From the NCBI GenBank assembly GCA_963695345.1, contig OY968769.1:1472001-1536000 (forward strand): a stretch of 64,000 nucleotides of DNA. Reading direction: 5' to 3'. Numbering within the stretch: the stretch's first letter is position 1; every line of letters begins with the position of its first letter. Below are positions 40,364-50,053 of this stretch, in pieces. The position numbers and the translations under genes are program-made. Under the pieces are notes generated by a model that worked only from the letters and a program-made list of their open reading frames with translations, was not told the origin of the DNA and made no database searches. Source of the stretch: an uncultured Methanomassiliicoccales archaeon (GTDB lineage: Archaea; Thermoplasmatota; Thermoplasmata; Methanomassiliicoccales; UBA472).

Positions 40364-41371
40364 ATGGTCGGTTCAGAGATTTATTCCGATTTTACCAGCA
40401 ATATCCGTTGGATCAGGGAGCAAGTAGGAGCAGATGTCACAAACCTGCCGCCGCGCCTGCGGCAGATGGGGAAGAGGATAGCCAGCGAACGACTTTTCAT
40501 AGTTCCCGATGGGATCCATACCCCCCGACTCGACCCGGAATTCGGACGTCCGATCCCGTATTGTGTGTACTGGTTCGCCGATGCCCTGGGATATACCGAT
40601 CATGAAAAGATCAATTCCTTTGCCTTGGCCATGACATACTCCTCAATGTCATCGACCCTTCGTGATGATATCGTAGACAGCAATGAGCTGAGGCGCGAAC
40701 GCCTCCACCTGCTTGAGCTATCCAATATTTTCCAACGGAAATATATTGAGATATTCGAGAAGGCATTCGATAAGCGATCTAGCCTCTGGCGTTACCTCGC
40801 TCAAGCATTGGATGAAGAACTCAGGTATGAGAGTTGGAACAAGGCTTTCACTCTGGAAACATGCCGAAATCCTTTCTCCGTCCGATTTATTGAGGACTCG
40901 TCCCGTTATTTCTATGCGGTCGTCATGCCCTCGCTGGTTGCAGTTGCCGTGGCAGCTGAGGCTGAAAGCAAGGTAGCAAAGATCACCAGGTTCGCCAGGC
41001 ACCTTTCCATGGGGTCACGCATTCATGACGACCTTAAGGATTGCAGGACCGACCTGGGAATGGTGGATATGAACCACTCCTGCATCCTCCTGCATGCAAG
41101 GCAATGCCTTGGAGAGGGCGGGGAGTTGGATGAGGAAATCCTCACAAGCCTCTTCCTCAGTGAAGGATTCGTTAGGAGCGTTTACGATCCCATCGTTCTT
41201 TATTTCAACAAAGCCAGGGAAGATATCCTCCCCTTCAACTCGCGCTATCTAACTAAATTCATGGATGAGCAATCGAGCTTCATTGCCAGGGCGAGGGATA
41301 GTACACTCAAGCGGCAAACAAACTTCTTCGCTAGCATGGCGTCACTACTCAAGCCATACGCACAAAAATAG
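40364..41371 (+). CDS. Class 1 isoprenoid-synthase-fold enzyme (putative prenyltransferase)
   Basis: DDIVD at 40664-40678 and DDLKDCRTD from 41027, about 120 aa apart; all-helical composition; starts 2 bp after the small gene's stop. Confidence 0.8.
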   Translation: MVGSEIYSDFTSNIRWIREQVGADVTNLPPRLRQMGKRIASERLFIVPDGIHTPRLDPEFGRPIPYCVYWFADALGYTDHEKINSFALAMTYSSMSSTLRDDIVDSNELRRERLHLLELSNIFQRKYIEIFEKAFDKRSSLWRYLAQALDEELRYESWNKAFTLETCRNPFSVRFIEDSSRYFYAVVMPSLVAVAVAAEAESKVAKITRFARHLSMGSRIHDDLKDCRTDLGMVDMNHSCILLHARQCLGEGGELDEEILTSLFLSEGFVRSVYDPIVLYFNKAREDILPFNSRYLTKFMDEQSSFIARARDSTLKRQTNFFASMASLLKPYAQK

Positions 41372-41378
41372 GGAATTG

Positions 41379-42494
41379 TCAGGCGAATAGACGCAGGGTG
41401 AGATTGGCCAGGATGATGGCTATGACAGAAATGATGATCGTGACAAATTTGTTCAGAATCGCGGTGTCAATAGGCCAATCCGGGACTGAATTCAGGCTCT
41501 TCTCCGCCCTCTCCAAGGTCATCAGGGAGGTGAGGTTGTCCAGTTTCCTCTGCATCTTAGCCACTGTATCGTTGGCGCAGGGCTCTGGCTTTCCATCGAC
41601 GCCTATGCAGGCCAACTTGAGCAATTCAGTTCTTTCAATATCCTTCTGTTCGACCATCTTCGTGTGAACTGCGTATAGTGGCGATACGAAAAGCACAACG
41701 CCGACCGCTATGAAGGTTGTGAGCAGAGTTATGAATGGGACGAATCCAACTATCGGCGAGCCAATCATTGAGGCTATGGCCATCATGATCAGGATCACCA
41801 TGGCAGAAAAGTAGACGACGGACATCGATAGCGACAGGTCACCGAAGGGCCGGACCCCGAGCATTCTGTCTTCAGTCGAAGGCTTCAGTATGAGGGGCTT
41901 TTGCCCAAGTTTGTGCAGGCCATAGATGGAGCCAAAGTAAACCCAGGCAAAGGTGCAGCAGGCGATGAACCAAAGGGGATAGACAATGGCTAAGTAGATC
42001 GCGGTAGCAATGTTGACAGCATAGGCGCTGAAGCTTGCCGTGAGGTAGTCGCTTGATGAAATGACATAGAACGCTATGATCAAAGCCGCTATCACGACGG
42101 GAGGCCACTGCCTGAATACAAACTCGAATGTTTCATGGAATGTCTGCTCCCTCTCAGGCAATATCGGGCTCATCCCCTTCTCCGCTGAGATGAGCCGACG
42201 TCTCATGAATCCCGTCATATAGAACACGAAGAAGAGGAGAAGCCATGTGAGCGCCAGAATGGCAACCCCCATCCAATAGGGGGTGCCCACCCCTCCGATG
42301 AATGTGATGGTCATTTGTATCGCAAGCTCGATCTGAAAGCCGGTGGTAAGATATGCCACCAGGATCGCACCAGGCGGTCCAATGAGGGTTGATATTATGA
42401 AACAGCCAATGATGTAGGGCATACGGAAAAACCCGGCGAGATGCTCGACAACGGTCGCTTTTTCAAGGCTGGGAACCATGGCTAAAACATCCAC
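41379..42494 (-). CDS. Hypothetical multi-pass membrane protein
   Basis: About 7 TM helices; DRMLGVRPFG loop, PL..VH.KM, PDWP before the last helix. Confidence 0.8.
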   Translation of the reverse strand: MDVLAMVPSLEKATVVEHLAGFFRMPYIIGCFIISTLIGPPGAILVAYLTTGFQIELAIQMTITFIGGVGTPYWMGVAILALTWLLLFFVFYMTGFMRRRLISAEKGMSPILPEREQTFHETFEFVFRQWPPVVIAALIIAFYVISSSDYLTASFSAYAVNIATAIYLAIVYPLWFIACCTFAWVYFGSIYGLHKLGQKPLILKPSTEDRMLGVRPFGDLSLSMSVVYFSAMVILIMMAIASMIGSPIVGFVPFITLLTTFIAVGVVLFVSPLYAVHTKMVEQKDIERTELLKLACIGVDGKPEPCANDTVAKMQRKLDNLTSLMTLERAEKSLNSVPDWPIDTAILNKFVTIIISVIAIILANLTLRLFA

Positions 42495-42601
42495 GTAGCA
42501 ATGAATGAACTTAAGACATATAAAAATGCAGAGAACGTATTCATTTTACTTAACATATAAATTTGTTCTTCGAATCCCCCGACAATATTTATTGGTATTA
42601 T

Positions 42602-44065
42602 TTAATAATATATCAGCCTCCCTTCTATCTCCCGACCACAGTTCTGATTGTTGCGCAACCATTCTTCCAGGACCTCTCTGGCACTTGTGGTTACAACCTT
42701 CGGTTTGATGGAATTCAGTTCATCGCTGGAAATGTCAAGAAACGCCTTGGAGTTCTTGGCATGGTATGGCTGAATGCAAATCCTGAATGTGTCGTTGTCA
42801 AGGACCTCATTGCCTTTCACGCTCAAGGACCTAAGGATTCCTGCGCCCTCGTCGTAGATGGCCTTAACATTTCCATTCACCTGAAAGCATTCACCTTCTC
42901 CATTTCGGTTCACCTTTCGCATTATATGGCCGAACATACGCCGGAGCTGCGTTCCGGTAACGGTATACCTGGTAAGGGGTTCATCGTAAGGGAAGCCGGT
43001 GGCCATGTCCCTCAGTGCCACCATCGGACCGATCTCCTTGGACCTGATCGAACCACTGGCCAGGAACATGATATCGCTCTCGGTCATCTCCGCCAATGCA
43101 TCGGCAAAGAGATTTCCCAGGCTGGTCTCGACCTCACGCATCGGATGGGTGTGCTTGAACTTGAGTTTGGAGATCATTGCGGAATATTTGTCCTCGACCC
43201 GTTCCTCATATGTATGTATGAATTTCTCCAGGTCTCGGTCGGGCTCCACCAGGCTTTCGTCGATATGGACCAACTGCCATTGGTAATCGATGATACGGTT
43301 CGTTTCGTCATCGATCACGACGTCCAGTCTCCCTATCTGGTTCGTCCCCTCGCCCGCGGTGACGATTATCACGCCGTTCTCCATGATCGGTTTGTCAAGA
43401 ATTGTATGAGAATGCCCCCCCACAATGATATCCACCCCCCATTCGGGCTTGAGCAATCTTGCCAGTTCGATGTCCGATTCTATCCCGATGTGAGTGAGGA
43501 TGATGGTCAGGTCGATATCATCGCCTTTATAGGCATTGGTGATCTTTCCCACCTCCTGGCTCGCCTCTTCGAGATCGACGAAGCTTCTCAGCACGTTGTC
43601 TCCCTTTATCGTATCCATCACCTTTTCGGTGATAATCCCGGTCACCAGGATGTCAAGCCCTGCCTTCTTCAGAATGCAGAAGGGCTTCATCAGTCGCTTG
43701 TTGAAGGGCTTGAGGTAGAGGTTGGCGTTGACGATGGGGAAGTTAGCTACCTTCTCCAGAAAGAGCAGATGTGAGAGCCCGTAGTCGAACTCGTGGTTCC
43801 CTAAGGCAATCGCATCAGGAATTAGATAATTGACCATGTCCATGGTGGATATGCCCTTGTACTCGCTGTCTATGAGATTCCCTTGAACGATGTCCCCGGC
43901 AATAAGGAACAATACGTTCTCCTCCTCATGGCGGACCTTGTTCAGATAGCCAGAGATGAGTGCTAGTCCACCAGTTTTCCTCCCGGTGTAAGGATCCTGC
44001 TCAGCCAGGAAATCCCCATGCATGTCGTTGGAATGAAGTATAGTGATTTTCCTCGTCCCCGTCAT
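42602..44065 (-). CDS. Bifunctional metallophosphatase/5'-nucleotidase, no signal peptide
   Basis: HSNDMHG, AGD, LGNHEFD, LTHIG, GGHSH, ETSLGNLFAD. Confidence 0.92.
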   Translation of the reverse strand: MTGTRKITILHSNDMHGDFLAEQDPYTGRKTGGLALISGYLNKVRHEEENVLFLIAGDIVQGNLIDSEYKGISTMDMVNYLIPDAIALGNHEFDYGLSHLLFLEKVANFPIVNANLYLKPFNKRLMKPFCILKKAGLDILVTGIITEKVMDTIKGDNVLRSFVDLEEASQEVGKITNAYKGDDIDLTIILTHIGIESDIELARLLKPEWGVDIIVGGHSHTILDKPIMENGVIIVTAGEGTNQIGRLDVVIDDETNRIIDYQWQLVHIDESLVEPDRDLEKFIHTYEERVEDKYSAMISKLKFKHTHPMREVETSLGNLFADALAEMTESDIMFLASGSIRSKEIGPMVALRDMATGFPYDEPLTRYTVTGTQLRRMFGHIMRKVNRNGEGECFQVNGNVKAIYDEGAGILRSLSVKGNEVLDNDTFRICIQPYHAKNSKAFLDISSDELNSIKPKVVTTSAREVLEEWLRNNQNCGREIEGRLIYY

Positions 44066-44198
44066 CGTATCACCGGACGGAATCCGTCTCTTTCATACAA
44101 ATAAAAGCGTCCGATTTGGAACATCGTTCGGTCAACGTTCGACTACCATTTCCGAACTTACGAGGGTTCAGGAGGAAATCCATTGCCTATGTGCCCCA

Positions 44199-45407
44199 TC
44201 ACAATTCCGGGGCAGGCTCACCCCGAGGTACTTCTCGCCCCCTTGAGGAAATGAAGACCGCGAAATAGGCCAAGCCAATCAACGCCGACATCACACCGAA
44301 CGCGGCGAACGTCCATTCAAGGTCCTGGACCATCGCCATCACGAACGCAATTAGGAAAGTGCAAAGGAACTGCCCCAAACTCAGCAGCGTCGAATATCCT
44401 CCCATGATCTTTCCCGAATTGGTGTGCATCACCTGCTCGACCAGCAAGTCGACGACGGGGGGAGTAATGAATGACATTCCAGCGCCGATCAGGCAGACAC
44501 TGATGAAAGTGGTCGCATAGGAAGGGGGCAGGATGAAGAGTCCATATGACACGAAGATCAACAAAAAGCCAGTGGCGACCATTAGGCGCCGGTCCATGAC
44601 CGATGATATCCGTCTGTAGAGGAGGGCGGTCACACATGTGCACACGCCCAGTGCACCTAGGAACAGACCGCTGGTCAGGGCTGAGGCGCCCAGCGTCTCG
44701 AACATGTAATCTGGCAATTTGGATGGCATGATGAACATCATCAGCATGGCGAAGAATATGGCCAGGTAACAGAACGCCACCACCGTTCCGTCGGTCTTGC
44801 GGACTTCCGCATGGGCGATGCCCGGGCCTTCGGACACATGCGCCGGCTCCTTCATCGATACAATCGCCATCATCGCAAACATAAGGCCCAGTCCGTAGAT
44901 GAGGAACGGGTAGTGCCAGCCAAAGGCGGCAAGGGCTCCGCCCGTTGTCTCGAGGATCAGTACGCCGATGCCCATGGCCGCCGTCTGGTAGCTAAGCACC
45001 CTGACGCGGGAGATGCCGCCATAGTATTCCGATATGAGGGCAGTCGTTGTGCAAGTTATACCGGCAATCCCGATGCCGACGAAGAATCTGCCGACAAGTA
45101 TCGCATATAGGTCCTGTAGAAAAAATCCAGTCAATCCAGACAACGCGAAGATCAGAAGGGAAATCAGAAGGACCCTGACCTTTCCCATGCGATCGGCGAG
45201 CATTCCTATGCCGATTCCAGTGATGGCGATGGCCAGCGAGGGTAATGTGATGATCAGGTTGATCATCACCGGATCATAGCTTCCGAAAGCCTCACCGATG
45301 GCGGGCAGGGCGGGGGCCACTGCCGCGCCGCCCATAAGGATAAGCATTGAAGAAAACAGCAATGTGATGAGCGTCAGCCTAGTGGGTTTGAACGAAGCCC
45401 GATGCAT
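44199..45407 (-). CDS. MFS transporter
   Basis: APALP, GMLADRMGK motif A, GRF..G.G, W..PF..Y. Confidence 0.9.
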   Translation of the reverse strand: MHRASFKPTRLTLITLLFSSMLILMGGAAVAPALPAIGEAFGSYDPVMINLIITLPSLAIAITGIGIGMLADRMGKVRVLLISLLIFALSGLTGFFLQDLYAILVGRFFVGIGIAGITCTTTALISEYYGGISRVRVLSYQTAAMGIGVLILETTGGALAAFGWHYPFLIYGLGLMFAMMAIVSMKEPAHVSEGPGIAHAEVRKTDGTVVAFCYLAIFFAMLMMFIMPSKLPDYMFETLGASALTSGLFLGALGVCTCVTALLYRRISSVMDRRLMVATGFLLIFVSYGLFILPPSYATTFISVCLIGAGMSFITPPVVDLLVEQVMHTNSGKIMGGYSTLLSLGQFLCTFLIAFVMAMVQDLEWTFAAFGVMSALIGLAYFAVFISSRGREVPRGEPAPEL

Positions 45408-45564
45408 TTTTCCCCGCAGTGAGTACTACCCTATATCAAATTAACCCATTGATTCTGCGTCAACTCCCCGCCCTCAGATTCCCCGGCTGGTAAGATTGGA
45501 TTGAGAGAAACCGTCTGGAACCGGCTATCGAAATATATGAAAAAGAAAAAGGTTTGACGGTTGC

Positions 45565-46398
45565 TCAAGCCGTCGACATCTTCTTGATCATGGCATAGGT
45601 CACCGGTATCAACATTACCGCCAGAGCTATCGCGAAGGCCCAAGATATGTTGGCCACTATGGTGGTGACATTGGAGAACGTGGCGAATATGGCCCCCGCG
45701 CCAATGATCAGGAAGATCGCATAAAGTATGAATTTCGCAAATCCTGCCACCTCTTTGAACTCCGAATGGTCATCGGTGATGGATTTGATCAGAGCGTCCG
45801 TCAGGGATATACCTGCCCCGATTATTACAAAACCTAGGATGAGCGGATAGACCGTTTCTCCCGAGAGGAGCATGGTGTCCAGTGCCAGCAAGATCACGAA
45901 TGCGATCAATCCTATGAACAGTAGGTTCTTGAGCATTTCCGGGATCTCAGGTTTCGTCGGTGAGAACATTGGCCGGATCATCTTGCCGATGAAGGTTGCC
46001 AGGAAGTCGACGAAGACCGCTCCGAATATAAGTATCAGTATCCCGCCGAGCAATCTTGGCAGGTAATTGGCGACGGTCGTCAGGTAATTGCCGAGATCCC
46101 CTCCCACGTTCAGGATCTGGATCGCCAATATAATTGCCAGGATAATGATGAAGGCCTTGACGACCCCGCCAATGAAATCCGACAGGTCCAAACCGGAAGT
46201 TCGGAAAGCCCTGCCTGTCACGCTCTGTTCGAATGTCTTCTCGATCCCTACCTTTTCCACTATTCTATTAACCGCCTTGCCGACCAGCGTCCCTATGATA
46301 TAACCGATGATCAGCACTACGATGGCAGCCAAGATCAATGGAATCTCGTCTATGATACTCTGCAGCATATTGTCCAGCATTGCGTTCAAGTCAGCCAT
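45565..46398 (-). CDS. TM-helix-repeat membrane protein (CmpX/MscS-associated type)
   Basis: Repeated IP.ILAAIVVLIIGY and YLPRLLGGILILIFG helices. Confidence 0.7.
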   Translation of the reverse strand: MADLNAMLDNMLQSIIDEIPLILAAIVVLIIGYIIGTLVGKAVNRIVEKVGIEKTFEQSVTGRAFRTSGLDLSDFIGGVVKAFIIILAIILAIQILNVGGDLGNYLTTVANYLPRLLGGILILIFGAVFVDFLATFIGKMIRPMFSPTKPEIPEMLKNLLFIGLIAFVILLALDTMLLSGETVYPLILGFVIIGAGISLTDALIKSITDDHSEFKEVAGFAKFILYAIFLIIGAGAIFATFSNVTTIVANISWAFAIALAVMLIPVTYAMIKKMSTA

Positions 46399-46638
46399 AA
46401 TATCGAAAAAAATAAGTCGAGCCCAGGGTATTTATTTTCTATTGCGATGTAAAATAACATAATAAACTTACAATATGAAAATTAGACTACGATGTATCTA
46501 TCATTTATGAGTCATCATTCAATACAGGCTCTCTTTCCCAAGAGCTTATTCGCCCCTCATCCGTATATGCTGTCGATTACCGGAGCTGTGTGATCTCGAT
46601 GCTCTGGCATCACCTGTCGAGATCGACCTGTCGGGACA

Positions 46639-47529
46639 TCACATAGGGTGGACCAGGAACAATCTCCATTGGATGGTCTCAGCCCCCACCGTCGTCCAGA
46701 AGCACTCCTTGGAAACTACCTGCTTCATATCAAGTTCGATAGTGAAGCGGTATGTTCCATAGCCGCTGGTCTCGTTCACCGATCTCCAACCCAAGGCCAC
46801 CAATTGGGTGAAGTTGGCATATTTCGGGTCGGTAAGTGATTTGAGTCCGATCTGGGAGGCATCCGTGTCGAATATCTCCGTTCCGTCAAGTTGCATCGCG
46901 AACCATGTGAACGATGTCCCAGTGGTCAAGGAAGGGAGTGTGGCGTTCATCATCGCCGCCACATCGTACAACGTGCTGACCGCCCCGATGAACACGCCAT
47001 CGGCATCGAACACCGGACAGGCATAACCGGAACCTCTCGCGATCCCTCGGGACGCAAAGGTATTGCTCATGGTAGGCACCTTATACTCCAATAACTCGGA
47101 CGTCTTGTTGCCGCCGCTCAGATCCACGCCTTCCAGATAGCGGAAACGTTCTGGTTCTGCTGCCTGAACCACCCCTTTCTCATCAAAGGTCAGGATATCG
47201 ATGGCATAGGGATTGGATGCCAGCGTCTTGTTGATCTCCTCCCTTGCCATCGTCCCGTTCAGTCCGGTAGTCCGGAGATGTAATGCAAGGTCGAACGTCA
47301 TGTTCCTGACCTTTTCGATCTCTCCTCCGACCGCTGCCTGTCCTTTGCTCAGGACCGAGCTCATCTGCATTCTGGTGGCAGAAGCCGATTCAATTCCATT
47401 CAGTCTTGAATTGGATTCAAGAAGGATGACCGAGAATGACGATACGATTAGGAGCGCTATGACCAAGAAGATCAATGAGATTCTGGTGCCGACCGACATA
47501 CCTTTCGGGACAAGTTCCTTGGTATTCAA
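46639..47529 (-). CDS. Membrane-anchored stand-alone Cache-like sensor domain protein
   Basis: One N-terminal TM; D..G.V...P, PVFD.DG.FIG, DG..I.D.D...IG, W.L.L at the C-terminus; no output domain. Confidence 0.7.
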   Translation of the reverse strand: MNTKELVPKGMSVGTRISLIFLVIALLIVSSFSVILLESNSRLNGIESASATRMQMSSVLSKGQAAVGGEIEKVRNMTFDLALHLRTTGLNGTMAREEINKTLASNPYAIDILTFDEKGVVQAAEPERFRYLEGVDLSGGNKTSELLEYKVPTMSNTFASRGIARGSGYACPVFDADGVFIGAVSTLYDVAAMMNATLPSLTTGTSFTWFAMQLDGTEIFDTDASQIGLKSLTDPKYANFTQLVALGWRSVNETSGYGTYRFTIELDMKQVVSKECFWTTVGAETIQWRLFLVHPM

Positions 47530-47652
47530 TAATAAGCATCCCAGACATAAGAAATCAAAAACAGGTTTCCATGCCGGTAGAGGCTGTCTTCAATGGCCAC
47601 CGGCGGGAAAACGCGACGATGTGAAAGGTAAAAATGCTTAGAGGTTCTCCTT

Positions 47653-48162
47653 TTAAAGAGAACTTATTTCCATCAGGCCCAAGACCGCGAACGTCAGCAG
47701 TATTGCCGCTAGATAGGCCGTGATGAGGACCTTGATGGGGCTTTTCTTCTGATCCTTAGTGTTGATGTATTCCCTGGCGTGCAATCCACACGCGCATGCC
47801 AGATAGATTCCGAAGACCATCAGGCAAATGCTGCTGGCAGCAATCCCCAGGTCCAGGACGACCGCTACGATAGCGGCAATTCCGAATGCCAGGTTTGCGA
47901 AGCCAACCTCGATCTGGAATTCGGGCCTATCCTGGTGCCACCCCATCCGGACTTGATCGGAACGATAGAAGATCGAATGCCTGAGAAAGCTTACGATGCC
48001 GACCATACCCACAAGTGTGAATGTGGCCACATAAATGCCGTTCTTAGAACTATCAGTGAAGAAATATATGGCAAGAAAGAGGCCGATCGCCGAGATCGCA
48101 ATAGTTGTTCTTGAGAGCAAGGCGGCTGCTTTTGGAGAGGCAACAGGAGCGTTCATTTTCAT
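47653..48162 (-). CDS. Small membrane protein, DUF6790-like
   Basis: MGW....EFQ.EVGFANLAFG motif; about 5 TM helices. Confidence 0.65.
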   Translation of the reverse strand: MKMNAPVASPKAAALLSRTTIAISAIGLFLAIYFFTDSSKNGIYVATFTLVGMVGIVSFLRHSIFYRSDQVRMGWHQDRPEFQIEVGFANLAFGIAAIVAVVLDLGIAASSICLMVFGIYLACACGLHAREYINTKDQKKSPIKVLITAYLAAILLTFAVLGLMEISSL

Positions 48163-48382
48163 TAAACAGGATCCGGGTGAATATAACGAATGTGGTATGC
48201 CATCGGAAAGTGATAGTTATGCGGATTGGCAGGCAGATCGTTAGTGTCACGATCAGGCAATTCCACATTCGTTTTCGGCAGAAACCTTATGGTCATTCCT
48301 TCATGGATTCTGCAGAAATGCTCCAGGAGAACTTGTGAAGAATCAATAGCAGATTGCTGAATGGCTTAGCCATCATTCCGGG

Positions 48383-49177
48383 TCAGAGGCTCTCAAGCTC
48401 TCGGTCTATCCTTTCTGCCATGCAATAGTTCTCCCCAACTGGGACACCGTTCCGGTCAAAGACCTTCCCGTCCTTGATCACCAGTTCCCCATCCACTATC
48501 ATCTTGATGGCTCCGATGAGAAGATACGCCTCCCTCTTCAGCTCCTCGGCCCTGACCTGCTTGATCCTGTCCTCGGTTGATGGGTTCTTCGCCCGAATAT
48601 TGTGCAACGGGAACGAATCATAACAAATCGTATCGCCGCGGTCCAGCTCCGGAGTGCACAGATGAACGGTCGATCCATATCGTTCATCCCCGTTCTCTAC
48701 CACCTGGGAAACGATCTCCTCCCATGTTCCCTTGTAAGTATCTGGAAGCGCTGGATGGAGGTTAATTATGGTGTATCTTCGGCAGGTCTCAGGATCCAGT
48801 ATCAGCATGTATCCGGCCAAGGCTCCGAAGTCCATTGGATACTGGGATATGCTCTCCCTCATAGCCTTTCCGTAGGCATCTCTCCAGGCAGTCAGATCCC
48901 TCTCCTTAAGTTCTGTTTCAAATGAATCCGATGGCAAGAGGATCACCGGTATTCCCGCCTCTTCCGCCATCCTGATCAGCTTCATGCGGAACTTGTTGCC
49001 TTTGACATCCCTATTGATGAAAACAAAGGATATTTCGGCCACGATAGACCCGTCTTCGATCCTGTCCATCATGGTCTTGAACAGATTATAGGAGCCAGGA
49101 CCCCGTGCCGTTGTGAACCATCCTATTCGTTTCATGTTCATTGATCCTTCTTTGTTCATTGTTACATCGTCAGTCAT
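48383..49177 (-). CDS. purN: Formyltransferase family (PurN-like)
   Basis: LAGYMLI, INLHPALP, STVH....LDRG; start may be the later MNMKR. Confidence 0.8.
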   Translation of the reverse strand: MTDDVTMNKEGSMNMKRIGWFTTARGPGSYNLFKTMMDRIEDGSIVAEISFVFINRDVKGNKFRMKLIRMAEEAGIPVILLPSDSFETELKERDLTAWRDAYGKAMRESISQYPMDFGALAGYMLILDPETCRRYTIINLHPALPDTYKGTWEEIVSQVVENGDERYGSTVHLCTPELDRGDTICYDSFPLHNIRAKNPSTEDRIKQVRAEELKREAYLLIGAIKMIVDGELVIKDGKVFDRNGVPVGENYCMAERIDRELESL

Positions 49178-49423
49178 CGGCGGTCTTGAGCTATGATTTT
49201 TTCGACATATCGGAGATCATTGACCCAATAACTCGGAGGGTCTCCAAGCCATGATTTAACATGGCATGGAGGGTCGTTTCCGATATGCAGGTACATTTTA
49301 TGCCTTTTTCATCCCCATGCTTAAATCCTAGAATGTTTTTGACCTTCCCTAATAATTACGGGCTTTAGTATGCCCAGATGGTGATAGCAAGAGATGTATA
49401 GCATGGGTCCGTGGTCTGGAAAA

Positions 49424-49816
49424 ATGATGAGCGACGAAGAGATTGAGGAACGTTTCAAGAATGGCGGAGAATGGGGCCTTCTAACATCCATCGATCTGAA
49501 AGACTGCGACCCTAAAAAGATCGGCAGCGGCGAGTATATCACTCAGTTCTCTATTGATCTGTGTGAACATATCGACATGAAGCGCTTCGGAGCGCCCATT
49601 GTGGTTAGGTTCGGCGCCGATCCTCGTGTGCAGGGCTACTCGTTGGCCCAATTGATCGAGACATCATTGATCTCCGGGCACTTCGCAGAAGACACAAACA
49701 GAGCGTTCATCGACGTTTTCAGCTGCAAGGAATACCCGCCTAAGGCCGTCGCGGAATACTGCAAGAAGTACTTCGGTGCGAAGACCGCAGAGTACTCTGT
49801 GTCTTTCAGGACCTAA
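49424..49816 (+). CDS. speD: S-adenosylmethionine decarboxylase proenzyme family
   Basis: IDL..CD, GYS..QLIETSLISGHF, IDVFSCK; T-tract after stop. Confidence 0.85.
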   Translation: MMSDEEIEERFKNGGEWGLLTSIDLKDCDPKKIGSGEYITQFSIDLCEHIDMKRFGAPIVVRFGADPRVQGYSLAQLIETSLISGHFAEDTNRAFIDVFSCKEYPPKAVAEYCKKYFGAKTAEYSVSFRT

Positions 49817-50053
49817 ATCTCCTTAATCATTTTTTCTTGAGCCTTGCATGGCGAAGGTGCCTACGGCATCGGTTGCCCTCAGGCAAGCGCTCATCTTCCA
49901 TCCTCTTTTCTTGTTTTGGCATTATTCAAAGTCAACCTGTTCTCGAAGACCCAATGTCGGGAATCGGAACACTTAGATAATCCACGATGGAATAGAACGG
50001 TACACCTCAGGTCCCAGGAACGGTCAAAAAGGTGTCAAACCGGAGGAAGGTCA

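Noticed and set aside
40364-41371. Housekeeping GGPP synthase (IdsA)
   Set aside because: Lacks GKR.RP and the RRG after the first DDxxD, sits in an accessory patch and is coupled to a leader-like peptide gene; not fully excluded without a tree.
1328-43774. Long alternative ORFs in the track (e.g. 1328-2389, 10457-11590, 16609-17577, 22876-23841, 26078-27379, 42563-43774)
   Set aside because: Antisense shadows of well-supported genes in GC-rich DNA, with no motifs or RBS.
36230-48400. att repeat of tRNA-Glu closing the accessory region
   Set aside because: No second copy of the tRNA-Glu 3' end was found by eye and no integrase is present.
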